DNA of 64,000 nucleotides from Methanomassiliicoccaceae archaeon UBA404 (GTDB lineage Archaea > Thermoplasmatota > Thermoplasmata > Methanomassiliicoccales > Methanomethylophilaceae). Both the position numbers and the translations under genes were made by a program. Every line of letters begins with the position of its first letter. Positions within the stretch are counted from its first letter, which is position 1. The notes beneath the pieces are model-generated. The model was not told the origin of the DNA. It was given only the letters and a program-made list of their open reading frames with translations, and did not search any database. This document shows, piece after piece, positions 18,350 to 28,081 of the stretch. The stretch is taken from assembly GCA_002498605.1 (NCBI GenBank), contig DAHY01000009.1, positions 22,971-86,970 on the forward strand. The letters are read 5' to 3'.

Positions 18350-19786
18350 ATGATCTCGAACTTTACTAAATTAGGAATCACGGAAGATGCCGCAAAGGCA
18401 ATGTTGGATATGGGTTGGGAAGAACCCACACCGATTCAGAAAGAGGCCGTCCCCATAGGATTGAAAGGGCGCGATATGTTTGCTCAGGCCCAAACAGGCA
18501 CCGGTAAAACCGGTTGTTACGGTTCCATCATAATCGGAAAAATCGAAGCCGCCCAGAAAGTTCCCCATTCGATAATACTCGTTCCAACCAGAGAACTGGC
18601 GGTACAGGTATCCAAAGAACTGTCCAGACTGTCCAAGTATACGGGTCACGTAGCCGTTCCCATCTACGGCGGAGTCAGCATCGATGCTCAGATCAAGAAG
18701 CTGGACAAAGGAGCGGACATTATCGCGGGCACTCCCGGAAGAGTGAAAGATTTGATGAGACAGGGAGCATTGAACCTTTCTGCCATTGAAGTTGTCGTAC
18801 TTGACGAAGCGGACCGTATGCTGGAAATGGGTTTTATTGAAGACATAGAAGATATTCTGAAGATGATGCCCATCGGAAGACAGACTCTTCTGATGTCGGC
18901 AACAATGCCGGAAGACGTCAAACGTCTTTCTTACGATTATATGAAAAATCCCATTGAAATCAGTGTTTCGATGGATGAAGTCGTTCTGGATCTTACAAAA
19001 CAGTATTACATACCCATCGGACGCCGCAACAAGTCATGGGCCCTGAGCCGAATTCTTGATGCGAACAAATCCAAAGCAATAATTTTCTGTCAGACCAAGA
19101 GAATGGTGGATATGCTGGTGGAACGTCTTGAACGCTACGAGTACAAGGCCGAAGCCATTCACGGCGATATGCCTCAGAACAAGAGAGAAAGAGTCCTCAA
19201 CGAATTCAAGAACTTCCGTGAAGGGGAAGACGATGAGAAACGTACCGTCAGAATCCTTGTTGCCACCGATGTTGCGGCCAGAGGACTCGATGTGGAAGAT
19301 ATTACTTTTGTGATAAACTATGACATGCCCGAAGATGTTGAAACTTATATTCACAGAATCGGCAGAACCGGCCGTGCCGGAAAGGAAGGTACGGCTATTT
19401 CTTTCGTTACCGCGGAAGAAGAGCATCTTATCAAAGAGTTTGAACTGAGGACCGAGATGGTAATCGAAGAGATGGATGTTCCCGGAACCGAAGAAGGCGA
19501 AAAAGACACCATCCGAAGAGTGGTGGACTTCGATCAGGCCGCGGATGTCTTCGGTATGGTTAAGTTCGAAATAAATATCGGTAAAAAAGACGGACTCGGA
19601 AAAGTCGGAATTTCAGACTTTGTGGTCAGGAATGCCAGAATAATGGAGTATGCCATCGGCAATATTGAAATCGGCAACGATTCTTCAATCATCGAGGTTC
19701 ACAAAGATTTCGGCAGAAAGATGACCCAGGACCTTACCAAAGCGAGATTTGACGGGAACAGAGTCAACGTACAGGTAGTACAGTGA
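18350..19786 (+). CDS. DEAD-box RNA helicase with DbpA-like C-terminal RNA-binding domain
   Basis: AQAQTGTGKT, DEAD, SAT and HRIGRTGRAG, plus a C-terminal ~75-aa RRM-like extension. Confidence 0.9.
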   Translation: MISNFTKLGITEDAAKAMLDMGWEEPTPIQKEAVPIGLKGRDMFAQAQTGTGKTGCYGSIIIGKIEAAQKVPHSIILVPTRELAVQVSKELSRLSKYTGHVAVPIYGGVSIDAQIKKLDKGADIIAGTPGRVKDLMRQGALNLSAIEVVVLDEADRMLEMGFIEDIEDILKMMPIGRQTLLMSATMPEDVKRLSYDYMKNPIEISVSMDEVVLDLTKQYYIPIGRRNKSWALSRILDANKSKAIIFCQTKRMVDMLVERLERYEYKAEAIHGDMPQNKRERVLNEFKNFREGEDDEKRTVRILVATDVAARGLDVEDITFVINYDMPEDVETYIHRIGRTGRAGKEGTAISFVTAEEEHLIKEFELRTEMVIEEMDVPGTEEGEKDTIRRVVDFDQAADVFGMVKFEINIGKKDGLGKVGISDFVVRNARIMEYAIGNIEIGNDSSIIEVHKDFGRKMTQDLTKARFDGNRVNVQVVQ

Positions 19787-19824
19787 TTCTCCCGCCAAAC
19801 CTCTTTTTTTATTTTTAAATCCGA

Positions 19825-22449
19825 TCAGATACCCAGAACTATCAGAACATTGCCTACCTGCAATGTTTCCACAGCCTTTCCGTCCAATGTAAGACGGGTT
19901 TCCAATTCAAAGAATTCCGGGTCCAACTCATAAACTTCGTCGGCCTTCACAATAACCTTTCCGGATTTCAGTTGTTCCGCAACATCCGAGGGATTCATTT
20001 CGGATATGGCGGCAACAATGCCTTTCGCGGCCGCTTTGAATGCGGGGCCGAGTTTTGCGTGAACCGGTTTGACGCTGACCACTTCTTCGGTGAATTCGGC
20101 GGATTCGGCAACCGTGATATCGGAGGCTTTGGTGGTTTCGGAAATATCGGCGATGGCGTCTTTCAGCAGGGCGGCCTCTGTGCCGACAAATTCCAATGTG
20201 GGTATTTCGGCATTCAGGGGAATCTTCTTGGAAGATTTCCATGCTCTGACGGCCGCAACAACGTCTTTGAGAATTTCTCCGGCGGCTTCAGCCTCCTCGT
20301 CAATCATGATAGGCACAGGCCATTTGGTAAGGTGTATGCTTTTTTCATCTTCGAACTGTCTGAAGATATTCTGATACATCTCTTCTGTCACGTGGGGGAA
20401 CAGAGGCGCAATCATTTTGAGAGAACCGTAGAACACGTTGTACAAAGTGTAAACTACAGCTTCGTCATCGCGGCTCTTTACCATTTCCACATAATGGTCG
20501 GCAAACTCGTGCCAGATGAAAGATTCCAGTATCTTAACAACCCTGTCGAATTGATAATCGTCATAAAACGCACTTACCTCTTTGACAACCTTTGAGAATT
20601 TTGAAAGAATCCATTTATCGGAAACGCGCAACGTATCGCAGGACTCCGACGGTTTGTTTTTCAGGAATCTGGAAACGAACTGTCCCAGATTGAATATCTT
20701 ATTGCAGAATCTTCTTCCGCGGACAACATCGGGTTCTCTGAATGCATGGTCGATACCCAAAGAACAGGTTGCCGCATAATACCTCAATGCGTCGGCTCCG
20801 TATTCTTCCAGTATAGGCACGGGGTCGATGACGTTTCCGACCGAGGAGTGCATGGGAGTTCCGTCCGGCGACATGATGAATCCGTTAATCATAATGTCAT
20901 CCCAGGGTTTCTCGCCGGTCATCTGTTCGGAACGCAATATGGTGTAGAACGCCCAGGTCCGTATAATATCATGGGACTGAGGTCTCATGGACATGGGGTA
21001 CAGCTTCTTGTGAAGTTCCTCATCTCTTTTCCAGTATGTATTATAAAGAGCGGAGCCCGAAGAATCCATCCAGGTATCGAAAACATCGGTGGAACCGATC
21101 AGATTACCGCCGCATTTGGGACATTTTTCGACAGGGGGTTTATCTTCGGTCGGATCGCAGTAGAGCATCCCCTCGGTGGCGCAAACGGCATGATTGCAAT
21201 CTTCGCATTCCCAGATGGGGATGGGGGTTGCAAACACTCTTTGACGGCTGAGAACCCAATCCCATTCCAGCGATTCCACCCAATCCACCAGACGGACTTT
21301 CATAAATTCGGGATGCCAATCGATTTCATCGGCTTTCTTCAAAACTTTTTCTTTGAAGTCCAACGTCTTAAGGAACCATTGAGGAACCTGAAGATATTCT
21401 ATGGGCGTCTTGCATCTCCAGCAAACCGAGAGTTGCTGAGGGTTATCCTTCTGTTCTTTCAGAAGTCCCAGATCTCTCAGGTCATTTATGGATGCGGCTC
21501 TGGCTTCAGTAACAGTGAGTCCCTTGTATTTACCCGCTATTTCGGTCATTCTGCCGGTTTCGTCAATACCTTTCTCCATCGGGAGATGGTATTTCATAAC
21601 CCATTCCAAATCGTCTTTGTCTCCGATGGTACATATCATGACAAATCCGGTACCGTATTTCGGATCTACCTTTTCATCGGCAATGACCTTTACTTTTTTG
21701 TTGAACATGGGCGTAACAAGTTCTTTGCCCACCAAATGGGTCTTTTCCTTGTCATCGGGATGAACGGCAACCACCTGACAGGTGCACAGGAGCTCGGGCC
21801 TTGTGGTGGCAATCAATACGGATTCATCCGAATCCGCAATGCCGAATTTGATAAAGTTGAGTTTGGTGACATTATCGGTGTAGTCCACTTCCGCGTCTGC
21901 AAGTGCGGTCATACATCTGGGACACCAATTAACGGGATAGTTGGCTTTGTAGACCAGGCCTCTGTTGAAGAGTTCGACAAAGGACAGCTGAGTGATTTTT
22001 CTGTAATATGGAGCGTCGGTCTGATAGTAGATGCTGGGATCCATGCTTTCCCCGAGTTTTTCGAAATCCCTGGTCATTTCATCAATGAAGCCGTTGGCAT
22101 ATTCGCTGCAGAGTTTTCGATATTCGCTTCGGGGCAGATCCAGTTTCGTTATGTTGTGCTTTTTCTCCACTTTGACTTCGATGGGAGTACCGTTTACGTC
22201 AAAACATAAAGGGAAGAATACGTTGAAGCCGTTCATTCTCTTGTATCGGGCGGCAAAATCGGATATGGAGTATCCTGTTGCGTGACCCAAATGCATTGAA
22301 CCCGATGTGTACCTTGGGGGATTATCTATGCTGAAGACGGGAGCGTCGGAATCCGGATCAAAACGGTATATTCCCTCGTCCTTCCACATCTTCTGCCAGC
22401 GTCCCTCTATCGAAGAAGAGTCATACTGAGACATTTTGAACGTGGTCAC
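19825..22449 (-). CDS. valS: valyl-tRNA synthetase
   Basis: Class I HIGH motif (SMHLGHATGY), an editing domain, a size (874 aa) typical of archaeal ValRS, and GADALRYY. The KMSKS position reads PMHSS (see findings). Confidence 0.9.
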   Translation of the reverse strand: MTTFKMSQYDSSSIEGRWQKMWKDEGIYRFDPDSDAPVFSIDNPPRYTSGSMHLGHATGYSISDFAARYKRMNGFNVFFPLCFDVNGTPIEVKVEKKHNITKLDLPRSEYRKLCSEYANGFIDEMTRDFEKLGESMDPSIYYQTDAPYYRKITQLSFVELFNRGLVYKANYPVNWCPRCMTALADAEVDYTDNVTKLNFIKFGIADSDESVLIATTRPELLCTCQVVAVHPDDKEKTHLVGKELVTPMFNKKVKVIADEKVDPKYGTGFVMICTIGDKDDLEWVMKYHLPMEKGIDETGRMTEIAGKYKGLTVTEARAASINDLRDLGLLKEQKDNPQQLSVCWRCKTPIEYLQVPQWFLKTLDFKEKVLKKADEIDWHPEFMKVRLVDWVESLEWDWVLSRQRVFATPIPIWECEDCNHAVCATEGMLYCDPTEDKPPVEKCPKCGGNLIGSTDVFDTWMDSSGSALYNTYWKRDEELHKKLYPMSMRPQSHDIIRTWAFYTILRSEQMTGEKPWDDIMINGFIMSPDGTPMHSSVGNVIDPVPILEEYGADALRYYAATCSLGIDHAFREPDVVRGRRFCNKIFNLGQFVSRFLKNKPSESCDTLRVSDKWILSKFSKVVKEVSAFYDDYQFDRVVKILESFIWHEFADHYVEMVKSRDDEAVVYTLYNVFYGSLKMIAPLFPHVTEEMYQNIFRQFEDEKSIHLTKWPVPIMIDEEAEAAGEILKDVVAAVRAWKSSKKIPLNAEIPTLEFVGTEAALLKDAIADISETTKASDITVAESAEFTEEVVSVKPVHAKLGPAFKAAAKGIVAAISEMNPSDVAEQLKSGKVIVKADEVYELDPEFFELETRLTLDGKAVETLQVGNVLIVLGI

Positions 22450-22497
22450 TATAAAAGAAGATAATAAAAAGGTTTGCTGAACAGGTTTACCGTTACG

Positions 22498-23673
22498 TCA
22501 CTTCTTTCGCTGACGGAACTTTACCTTGGTGTCCTTGAGGTCCATTACTGAATCCGTGATTCTCTTCATCAGATTCGAAGTGGTCGTGATAAGGTCCCAA
22601 CCCACCTCCTTGTAACTCATGACCTTGCCCTTGAAGTACAGTCTGGCGGTTATGCTGTACTTGAAGCGTCCGCCGGTATCGTTGTAACGGGACACATGGA
22701 GCATGAGACTCTCGGGGGTGTACACTTTGTTTATTTTGTTTACCTGTTCCTGAATAACGTCATACATGGCACTTCTCAGGTTTTTGTCCTGATCCTGAAG
22801 CCCGCTGATCTGTATGAACATCATTTCTCTTTCCCTGCAGGCGGAAATAACCTCGATAATATCGTACTGGGTCAGTACACCTACCAAGGCACCCCCTTCT
22901 ACTACGGGCAGAGTGGAGATATTGTCTTTGATCATGAGTTCGGCGGCATCCTTTACGGTATCGTCCCAGTTAACGACCGTAGGGGAATGAACGTAAACGG
23001 ATTTTATTGTCACGTTGGCCTTTGTTTTCTTCTCAAAATCACCGATGGTTTTGGTATCATCCTTCCAGATGATGTCTATGATTTCTTTCATGCCTATGAC
23101 GCCGACGACAATATTTTCATCATTGACCACGGGAATGGTCAAAGTATCCAACTCTGTCATGATATCATAAGCATCGGATAACATATCGTTCACGGAAACT
23201 CTCTGAACGGGGTTCGTCATAAGTTCCCATACCTTAATTTCGCCGAGAGCCTTTATTTTCGAGGCAACACCTACAAGCGCGTTCCTGGAAACGATACCGA
23301 CAACTTTCTTACCGGACATTATGGGAAGCTGTCTGCAGTTGTTTGCGGTCATGGCTTCGGCAATCACGGTTATTTCATCTGCGGTTGTCAGAATCGGAAC
23401 TCCTTCAATCAGGTTCTTTACCTTGTTATCCATGTTGGCGCTCTTCTTCTTCAGTACGGACGTGTAACTGACAACTCCCTGATAACTCCCGTTTTCCAAA
23501 ACCGGAATTTCCTGGTAGTTGCTCTTTTTCATAACTTGCAGAACATCAGACAAACGGTCTTCGGGACTGACGGTCGGAAAATTACTGTCCATAATGTCTT
23601 CGACGGAATTAGCGTCGATCTGAGACCTGAGCATGGATAGCCTTCTCGGATCTTCTAGATCTTTCAATACCAT
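22498..23673 (-). CDS. four CBS domains fused to a C-terminal HPF/RaiA (S30AE)-like domain
   Basis: Four CBS repeats span residues ~24-278. Residues 285-391 (MFIQISGLQDQDKNLRSAMYDVIQEQVNKINKVY...DLKDTKVKFRQRKK) follow the HPF sequence pattern. Confidence 0.7.
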   Translation of the reverse strand: MVLKDLEDPRRLSMLRSQIDANSVEDIMDSNFPTVSPEDRLSDVLQVMKKSNYQEIPVLENGSYQGVVSYTSVLKKKSANMDNKVKNLIEGVPILTTADEITVIAEAMTANNCRQLPIMSGKKVVGIVSRNALVGVASKIKALGEIKVWELMTNPVQRVSVNDMLSDAYDIMTELDTLTIPVVNDENIVVGVIGMKEIIDIIWKDDTKTIGDFEKKTKANVTIKSVYVHSPTVVNWDDTVKDAAELMIKDNISTLPVVEGGALVGVLTQYDIIEVISACREREMMFIQISGLQDQDKNLRSAMYDVIQEQVNKINKVYTPESLMLHVSRYNDTGGRFKYSITARLYFKGKVMSYKEVGWDLITTTSNLMKRITDSVMDLKDTKVKFRQRKK

Positions 23674-23752
23674 TGATAAATCCTCAGATATACATCGTGT
23701 TCAATGGCTATAAAACTTAGTTCCGGGGGGCCAGTAAGTCCCCCGGATAATT

Positions 23753-25462
23753 TTAAAGGGTTGAAAATTCTTTTCCGTTGATAAGCTGGCGGATAACTCC
23801 CGCCACATCATCCGCAGGTATGCGTTTCTGATCGCCGGTATCTCTTTCCCTTATCGTGACGGTTCCTTTGTTGGGGCCCTTCAGAGAATCATAGTCGACG
23901 GTAACGCACCACGGGGTGCCCACCTCGTCCATTCTGGCGTATCTTTTGCCGATGGTGCCGGAATCATCGTAATAAGCGGGTGTTTCGGAAGAATGCACAT
24001 CGGCGAATATCTTTTTCGCCAGGACATCCAAGCCGTCCTTGTCCATCAACGGGAAGATGCCTACCTTTATGGGCGCGATTCCGGGTACGAGTTTCATAAT
24101 CGAATAACCACGTTTTTCGTCATTGAAGTAGCTGTGTTCCAACACGGAGTAGAATATCCTGTCCAAACCGTAGGAAGGCTCTATTACATGAGGAATAACG
24201 CGTTTTCCGTTTACTTTCTCCGTTACTTCACGGACTTCGAAATACTCGTCTGTAAGAACGATTCTTTCGCCGTTTATGTTGAGGGTGATTTTGTTGTCGA
24301 AGATGTTGTCTTCGGTTTCGGATTCAAGGGCGGAAGCAATGTCCTTAGCCTTTTCTTTGAAAGCCGGACCCAGTTTTTTGTGATTGGCCACGACCTTTTT
24401 GAAAGTCATCTCCTTGGGTTCGTCGAACATTTCGAAATGAGACAAATCGGCTCCGGAGAACTCCGAATGTCTGGAAAGATCCCAGCATCCTCTGTCGGCA
24501 ATACCGGTGATTTCGGTCCATCCGTACGACAAAAGCACTTCGGCGTCCCAGCAGTCGGCGGCATAGTGCGCCATTTCATCCTTCAGATGCTGTCTGAATC
24601 TGAGTTTTTCGGTATCGATTCCCACTCTTTCCAGGAGTTGTTTGGTAGTGTACACGAAATAAGCCAGTACGGGATTCGCGATGACTCCTTTATCCACAGC
24701 CTCAGCCACGGTCATCGTAACTGTTTTATCGGTGTCGTTGGGCAGAAGCGTAAGTTCACCGTTCTGCACTTCCGAGAAACGGGGCCAGCTCTTGTCTTCG
24801 GGATTTACAAACAATTCAACTTCCATCATGTTGAATTCTCTCATCCGTATCATTCCCTGGCGGGGAGAAATCTCATTTCTGTATCCCCTGCCGGTCTGAA
24901 TAACGCCGAGAGGCAATTTTTCACGGTTGTATCTGTACAGATTCTGGAAGTTGACGAATATTCCCTGGGCGGTTTCCGGTCTCAGATACCCGATTCTTGA
25001 AGAACCGGGACCGATGGTGGTTTTGAACATAAGATTGAAATCTTCGATCTTGCCGAGTTCTCCGCCGCATTCGGGACATTTTATGTTAAAGTCCCTGAAG
25101 GCTTTTTCCAATTCGGCGGGGCTCATGGTATCGGGATTTTCACAAAAATTCCCTACGAGATGATCCGCTCTGAAAGGAAGCTGGCACTCTGTACAGTTGA
25201 CCATATAATCGGAGAACTGTTCAACATGTCCCGAAGCTTTGAAGACATCTTCCGGGTTGATGGTTTCCGAATCGATTTCGATGAAACCCTCACGTACTTT
25301 GTAGATGTTTCTCCAGGCTTCAAGGATGTTGTTCCTCATGGAGGTTCCAAGAGGTCCGTAATCGAACATCCCGGCAACTCCGCCGTAAAGCTCGAATGAA
25401 GGCCAGATATACCCTCTGCGTTTACAGACGGACATCAATTCTGTACTGATATCTTTACTCAT
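23753..25462 (-). CDS. glyS: glycyl-tRNA synthetase (archaeal/eukaryal dimeric type)
   Basis: RRGYIWPSFELYGG..G..DYGPLG N-terminus, class II motifs, and a C-terminal anticodon-binding domain. The start is Met at 25462 (MSKDIS) or 25474. Confidence 0.9.
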   Translation of the reverse strand: MSKDISTELMSVCKRRGYIWPSFELYGGVAGMFDYGPLGTSMRNNILEAWRNIYKVREGFIEIDSETINPEDVFKASGHVEQFSDYMVNCTECQLPFRADHLVGNFCENPDTMSPAELEKAFRDFNIKCPECGGELGKIEDFNLMFKTTIGPGSSRIGYLRPETAQGIFVNFQNLYRYNREKLPLGVIQTGRGYRNEISPRQGMIRMREFNMMEVELFVNPEDKSWPRFSEVQNGELTLLPNDTDKTVTMTVAEAVDKGVIANPVLAYFVYTTKQLLERVGIDTEKLRFRQHLKDEMAHYAADCWDAEVLLSYGWTEITGIADRGCWDLSRHSEFSGADLSHFEMFDEPKEMTFKKVVANHKKLGPAFKEKAKDIASALESETEDNIFDNKITLNINGERIVLTDEYFEVREVTEKVNGKRVIPHVIEPSYGLDRIFYSVLEHSYFNDEKRGYSIMKLVPGIAPIKVGIFPLMDKDGLDVLAKKIFADVHSSETPAYYDDSGTIGKRYARMDEVGTPWCVTVDYDSLKGPNKGTVTIRERDTGDQKRIPADDVAGVIRQLINGKEFSTL

Positions 25463-26300
25463 TTGAATTACCAATCAGGGCTATGAGTATATCCACGTCG
25501 TAAACCATTCCGACAAGTTCGTCTTTGGATCCTCTTACGGGGATCTGTCCGAAGTCATGAAGCTTCATAAGCCTGGCAACTTCCGATATGGATGTTTTCT
25601 TGTACACCGTTATCGGGTCCTTGATCATGAAATCACTGACCTCTTTGTCTTCGTTGAGATACTTGTCGGTTGCCGTGTAGAACAGAGGCAGAACGTTTCT
25701 GTATCCTGCGAGGGTGGTGTCTTCTATTCCGAGAATCTGCATTGCTTCCGGATCTCCGGCCTGATCGCTGAAAAGGTCACGGTCGGTTATGATGCCGGTA
25801 AGATTTCCGACGCTGTCCAATACAGGCATCGCGGGAACGTCACTGAGCCTCATTGCGGGAATCGTGTATGAGAGGGGTTCATGTTCCCAGGCGGTCACAC
25901 AAGTAATCTTGATTACTTCCTCCGCAGTGATTTTGCTCTTAAGGGCTCTGACATCGTCAAGCAAATCCGTGGGGGTTATGATACCGACTAGTTTTCCGTC
26001 TTCGGTGACGGGAAGTCTGTGAAATCTCTCCCTGTAGAAAATTTCCGCCGCTTCGCGAACAGTGGTTTCGGTGCTCACGGATACGGGGTCTTTTTTCATG
26101 ATGAGAGACAGTTGGTCCTCCTCGAAGTTGTTGAATATATCTTTCCTGGATACAACCCCGACAAGTCTTCCGTCGGATCCGCGTATTACAGGGAGTCCGG
26201 TCAGATCGTTCCTGACCATTACATTGATTGCTTCATTTCTTGTTCCCGGCACCTCAGCTACAATGGGTGCCAGTGTCATAATCTCCGATACTCTTTTCAT
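25455..26300 (-). CDS. four-CBS-domain protein
   Basis: Four CBS repeats (for example GLPVIRGSDGRLVGVVSRKDI and RLPVTEDGKLVGIITPTDL). The stop overlaps the glyS start. Confidence 0.8.
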   Translation of the reverse strand: MKRVSEIMTLAPIVAEVPGTRNEAINVMVRNDLTGLPVIRGSDGRLVGVVSRKDIFNNFEEDQLSLIMKKDPVSVSTETTVREAAEIFYRERFHRLPVTEDGKLVGIITPTDLLDDVRALKSKITAEEVIKITCVTAWEHEPLSYTIPAMRLSDVPAMPVLDSVGNLTGIITDRDLFSDQAGDPEAMQILGIEDTTLAGYRNVLPLFYTATDKYLNEDKEVSDFMIKDPITVYKKTSISEVARLMKLHDFGQIPVRGSKDELVGMVYDVDILIALIGNSNE

Positions 26301-26740
26301 TTCTTATCAGCCTCAGGCGATCTAACCGTAATTACCGGGCGTTTGGAAGACCGGACAACTTTATCGGCTACGCTTCCCATAAGAAGTTTTGAAACACCCG
26401 ACCTTCCGAGTGTACCCAAGACTACCACGTCATGGTTTTCCGATTCTTCGAGAATAACCTTTATCGGAATACCTTCCGCCAATTTTTTCTCCACTTTGAC
26501 TCCGTATTCCCTGCCGAGTTCTTCCACGTAACCGAGAGCGACTTTGCCTTCGTTTTCCAGTGTGTGGTAAACGTTCATTACCGCAGTGTCCATCGGTATG
26601 TTTCTGAATATTGTCTGGTCGACAACATAAAGGGCGGTGACGACACCTCCGCTGAGTTTTGCAAGCTCCAGAGCAGTCCTCACGGCCGCCTTGGTATATT
26701 CACTTCCGTCCGTCGGTACTAGAATCTTATCAAAAGCCAT
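26297..26740 (-). CDS. universal stress protein (UspA family)
   Basis: ILVPTDGSE...VVLGTLGRSGVSKLLMGSVADKV ATP-binding motif. It overlaps the downstream CBS gene start by 4 nt. Confidence 0.85.
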   Translation of the reverse strand: MAFDKILVPTDGSEYTKAAVRTALELAKLSGGVVTALYVVDQTIFRNIPMDTAVMNVYHTLENEGKVALGYVEELGREYGVKVEKKLAEGIPIKVILEESENHDVVVLGTLGRSGVSKLLMGSVADKVVRSSKRPVITVRSPEADKK

Positions 26741-26752
26741 TGTTCATCACCT

Positions 26753-27799
26753 TTATTTTGTCATATTGAAACGTAATATACGTTCGTTGCCCATGAACAT
26801 GCCGTCAACAGTTCCGTCCTTGGACGGAAACACGGTGATATCGGCCTTCATTCCTGGTCGGAGCCCGATTCCTTTCTCATCATATAATAGCTTTCGTCCG
26901 TCAATAACAAGAGTTTCCCAGAATTTTTTACGGGTTCCCCCCTGAGATGCCAAAACAGAAAGATAGCGTCCGGCTTCTTCCCGCAGGTCTGGCGAACAAA
27001 GCATTGCGTTATCGGTTCCCAGGATGGTTCTGTTTCCGACTTCTTCCATTGTCGCATAGGGGGGATTCAATCCAAAGAACGCGTTGGATCTCGGACATAT
27101 CACAATCGGCACATCTTCATCCGCGCATTTGATCAAATCCATCTTCTCGGCGGATGCCATGTGAACGATGAAGGAAGGTGAAAGTGCCAGTATATCATCG
27201 ATATCTTCTCTTTTTCCTTCGCTGGCATGTATTGCGAACATTTTGCCTTTGCGTTTTGTATGTTCGGCGACCGACTCGGAATAAGACAACGGCATATCGT
27301 TTATTCCGGACAGACCGATTCCGTCGGCAACTTCCAGAATTTCATCAATTTCGGAAGGATCGTATTCGTCGGAAACGGGGCGTCCCATGATGACGGCATC
27401 CGGAACGGCGTTTCTCAAAAGTTTGCATCCTTCGACACCTCCTTCTCTGAAGTCTATGAATGTACCGATGCCGTTGGAATATGATTTTTCGGAATATTCT
27501 TTGATATTTTTTGTCAGTGTTTCTTTTGAAGCTTCGGACAGATATCTGTGTTTGAGGCCTCCGGGGCCCACAAGATCGTTGAGACCGATATTATTCGGAA
27601 CCGTCATTCCGCAATCGGCACAATGGGTATGTCCGTTGACCGGAGGGCTCATGATAAATCCTTTTGAAACCGGGGTTTCGGGACAAACGCCTTCCGAAAT
27701 TTCAGCAATTAAACCGTCTTCTGCCAGAACGTATCCTTCAATGGGGCCGTCCGGCGTGATGACGGTTCCGCTGAAATACTTCATGTCCGTCAATTGCAT
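26753..27799 (-). CDS. metal-dependent amidohydrolase-superfamily protein
   Basis: HxH motif (VNGHTHCAD), FAIHASE and GTDNAM. The substrate is not assignable. Confidence 0.65.
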   Translation of the reverse strand: MQLTDMKYFSGTVITPDGPIEGYVLAEDGLIAEISEGVCPETPVSKGFIMSPPVNGHTHCADCGMTVPNNIGLNDLVGPGGLKHRYLSEASKETLTKNIKEYSEKSYSNGIGTFIDFREGGVEGCKLLRNAVPDAVIMGRPVSDEYDPSEIDEILEVADGIGLSGINDMPLSYSESVAEHTKRKGKMFAIHASEGKREDIDDILALSPSFIVHMASAEKMDLIKCADEDVPIVICPRSNAFFGLNPPYATMEEVGNRTILGTDNAMLCSPDLREEAGRYLSVLASQGGTRKKFWETLVIDGRKLLYDEKGIGLRPGMKADITVFPSKDGTVDGMFMGNERILRFNMTK

Positions 27800-27875
27800 C
27801 CATTACATATTTTGTTCTTTCGTACGTAAAATACAAATATTCATTTTTTCCATTTCCTGATTCAAGGTGATTCTA

Positions 27876-28043
27876 ATGATTAAAGTCATAAAAGAAGAAT
27901 GTACCGCATGCGGTGCATGTGCCGACGTCTGTCCTCAGGACGCCATCGTAATCGAAGACTTTGCTGTAATCGATAATGATGCCTGTGTGGAATGCGGCGC
28001 ATGTATTGATGAGTGTCCTCAGGACGCCATCGTAGAAGAATGA
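27876..28043 (+). CDS. 2x[4Fe-4S] ferredoxin (55 aa, below the ORF-track size cutoff)
   Basis: AGGTGA lies 5 nt upstream of the ATG. The protein reads [55 protein letters not shown], which contains two CxxCxxCxxxCP motifs. Confidence 0.8.
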   Translation: MIKVIKEECTACGACADVCPQDAIVIEDFAVIDNDACVECGACIDECPQDAIVEE

Positions 28044-28052
28044 AATCCATTA

Positions 28053-28079
28053 CCGGCCGTCCGGCCGGGAATATTTTTT
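28053..28079. terminator. hairpin plus T-run between convergent genes
   Basis: CCGGCC-gtcc-GGCCGG followed by GAATATTTTTT. Confidence 0.4.
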
Positions 28080-28081
28080 AA

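Noticed and set aside
20746-22209. 487-aa plus-strand ORF inside valS (also 19972-20595)
   Set aside because: A shadow of valS with low-complexity F/G/H/R composition.
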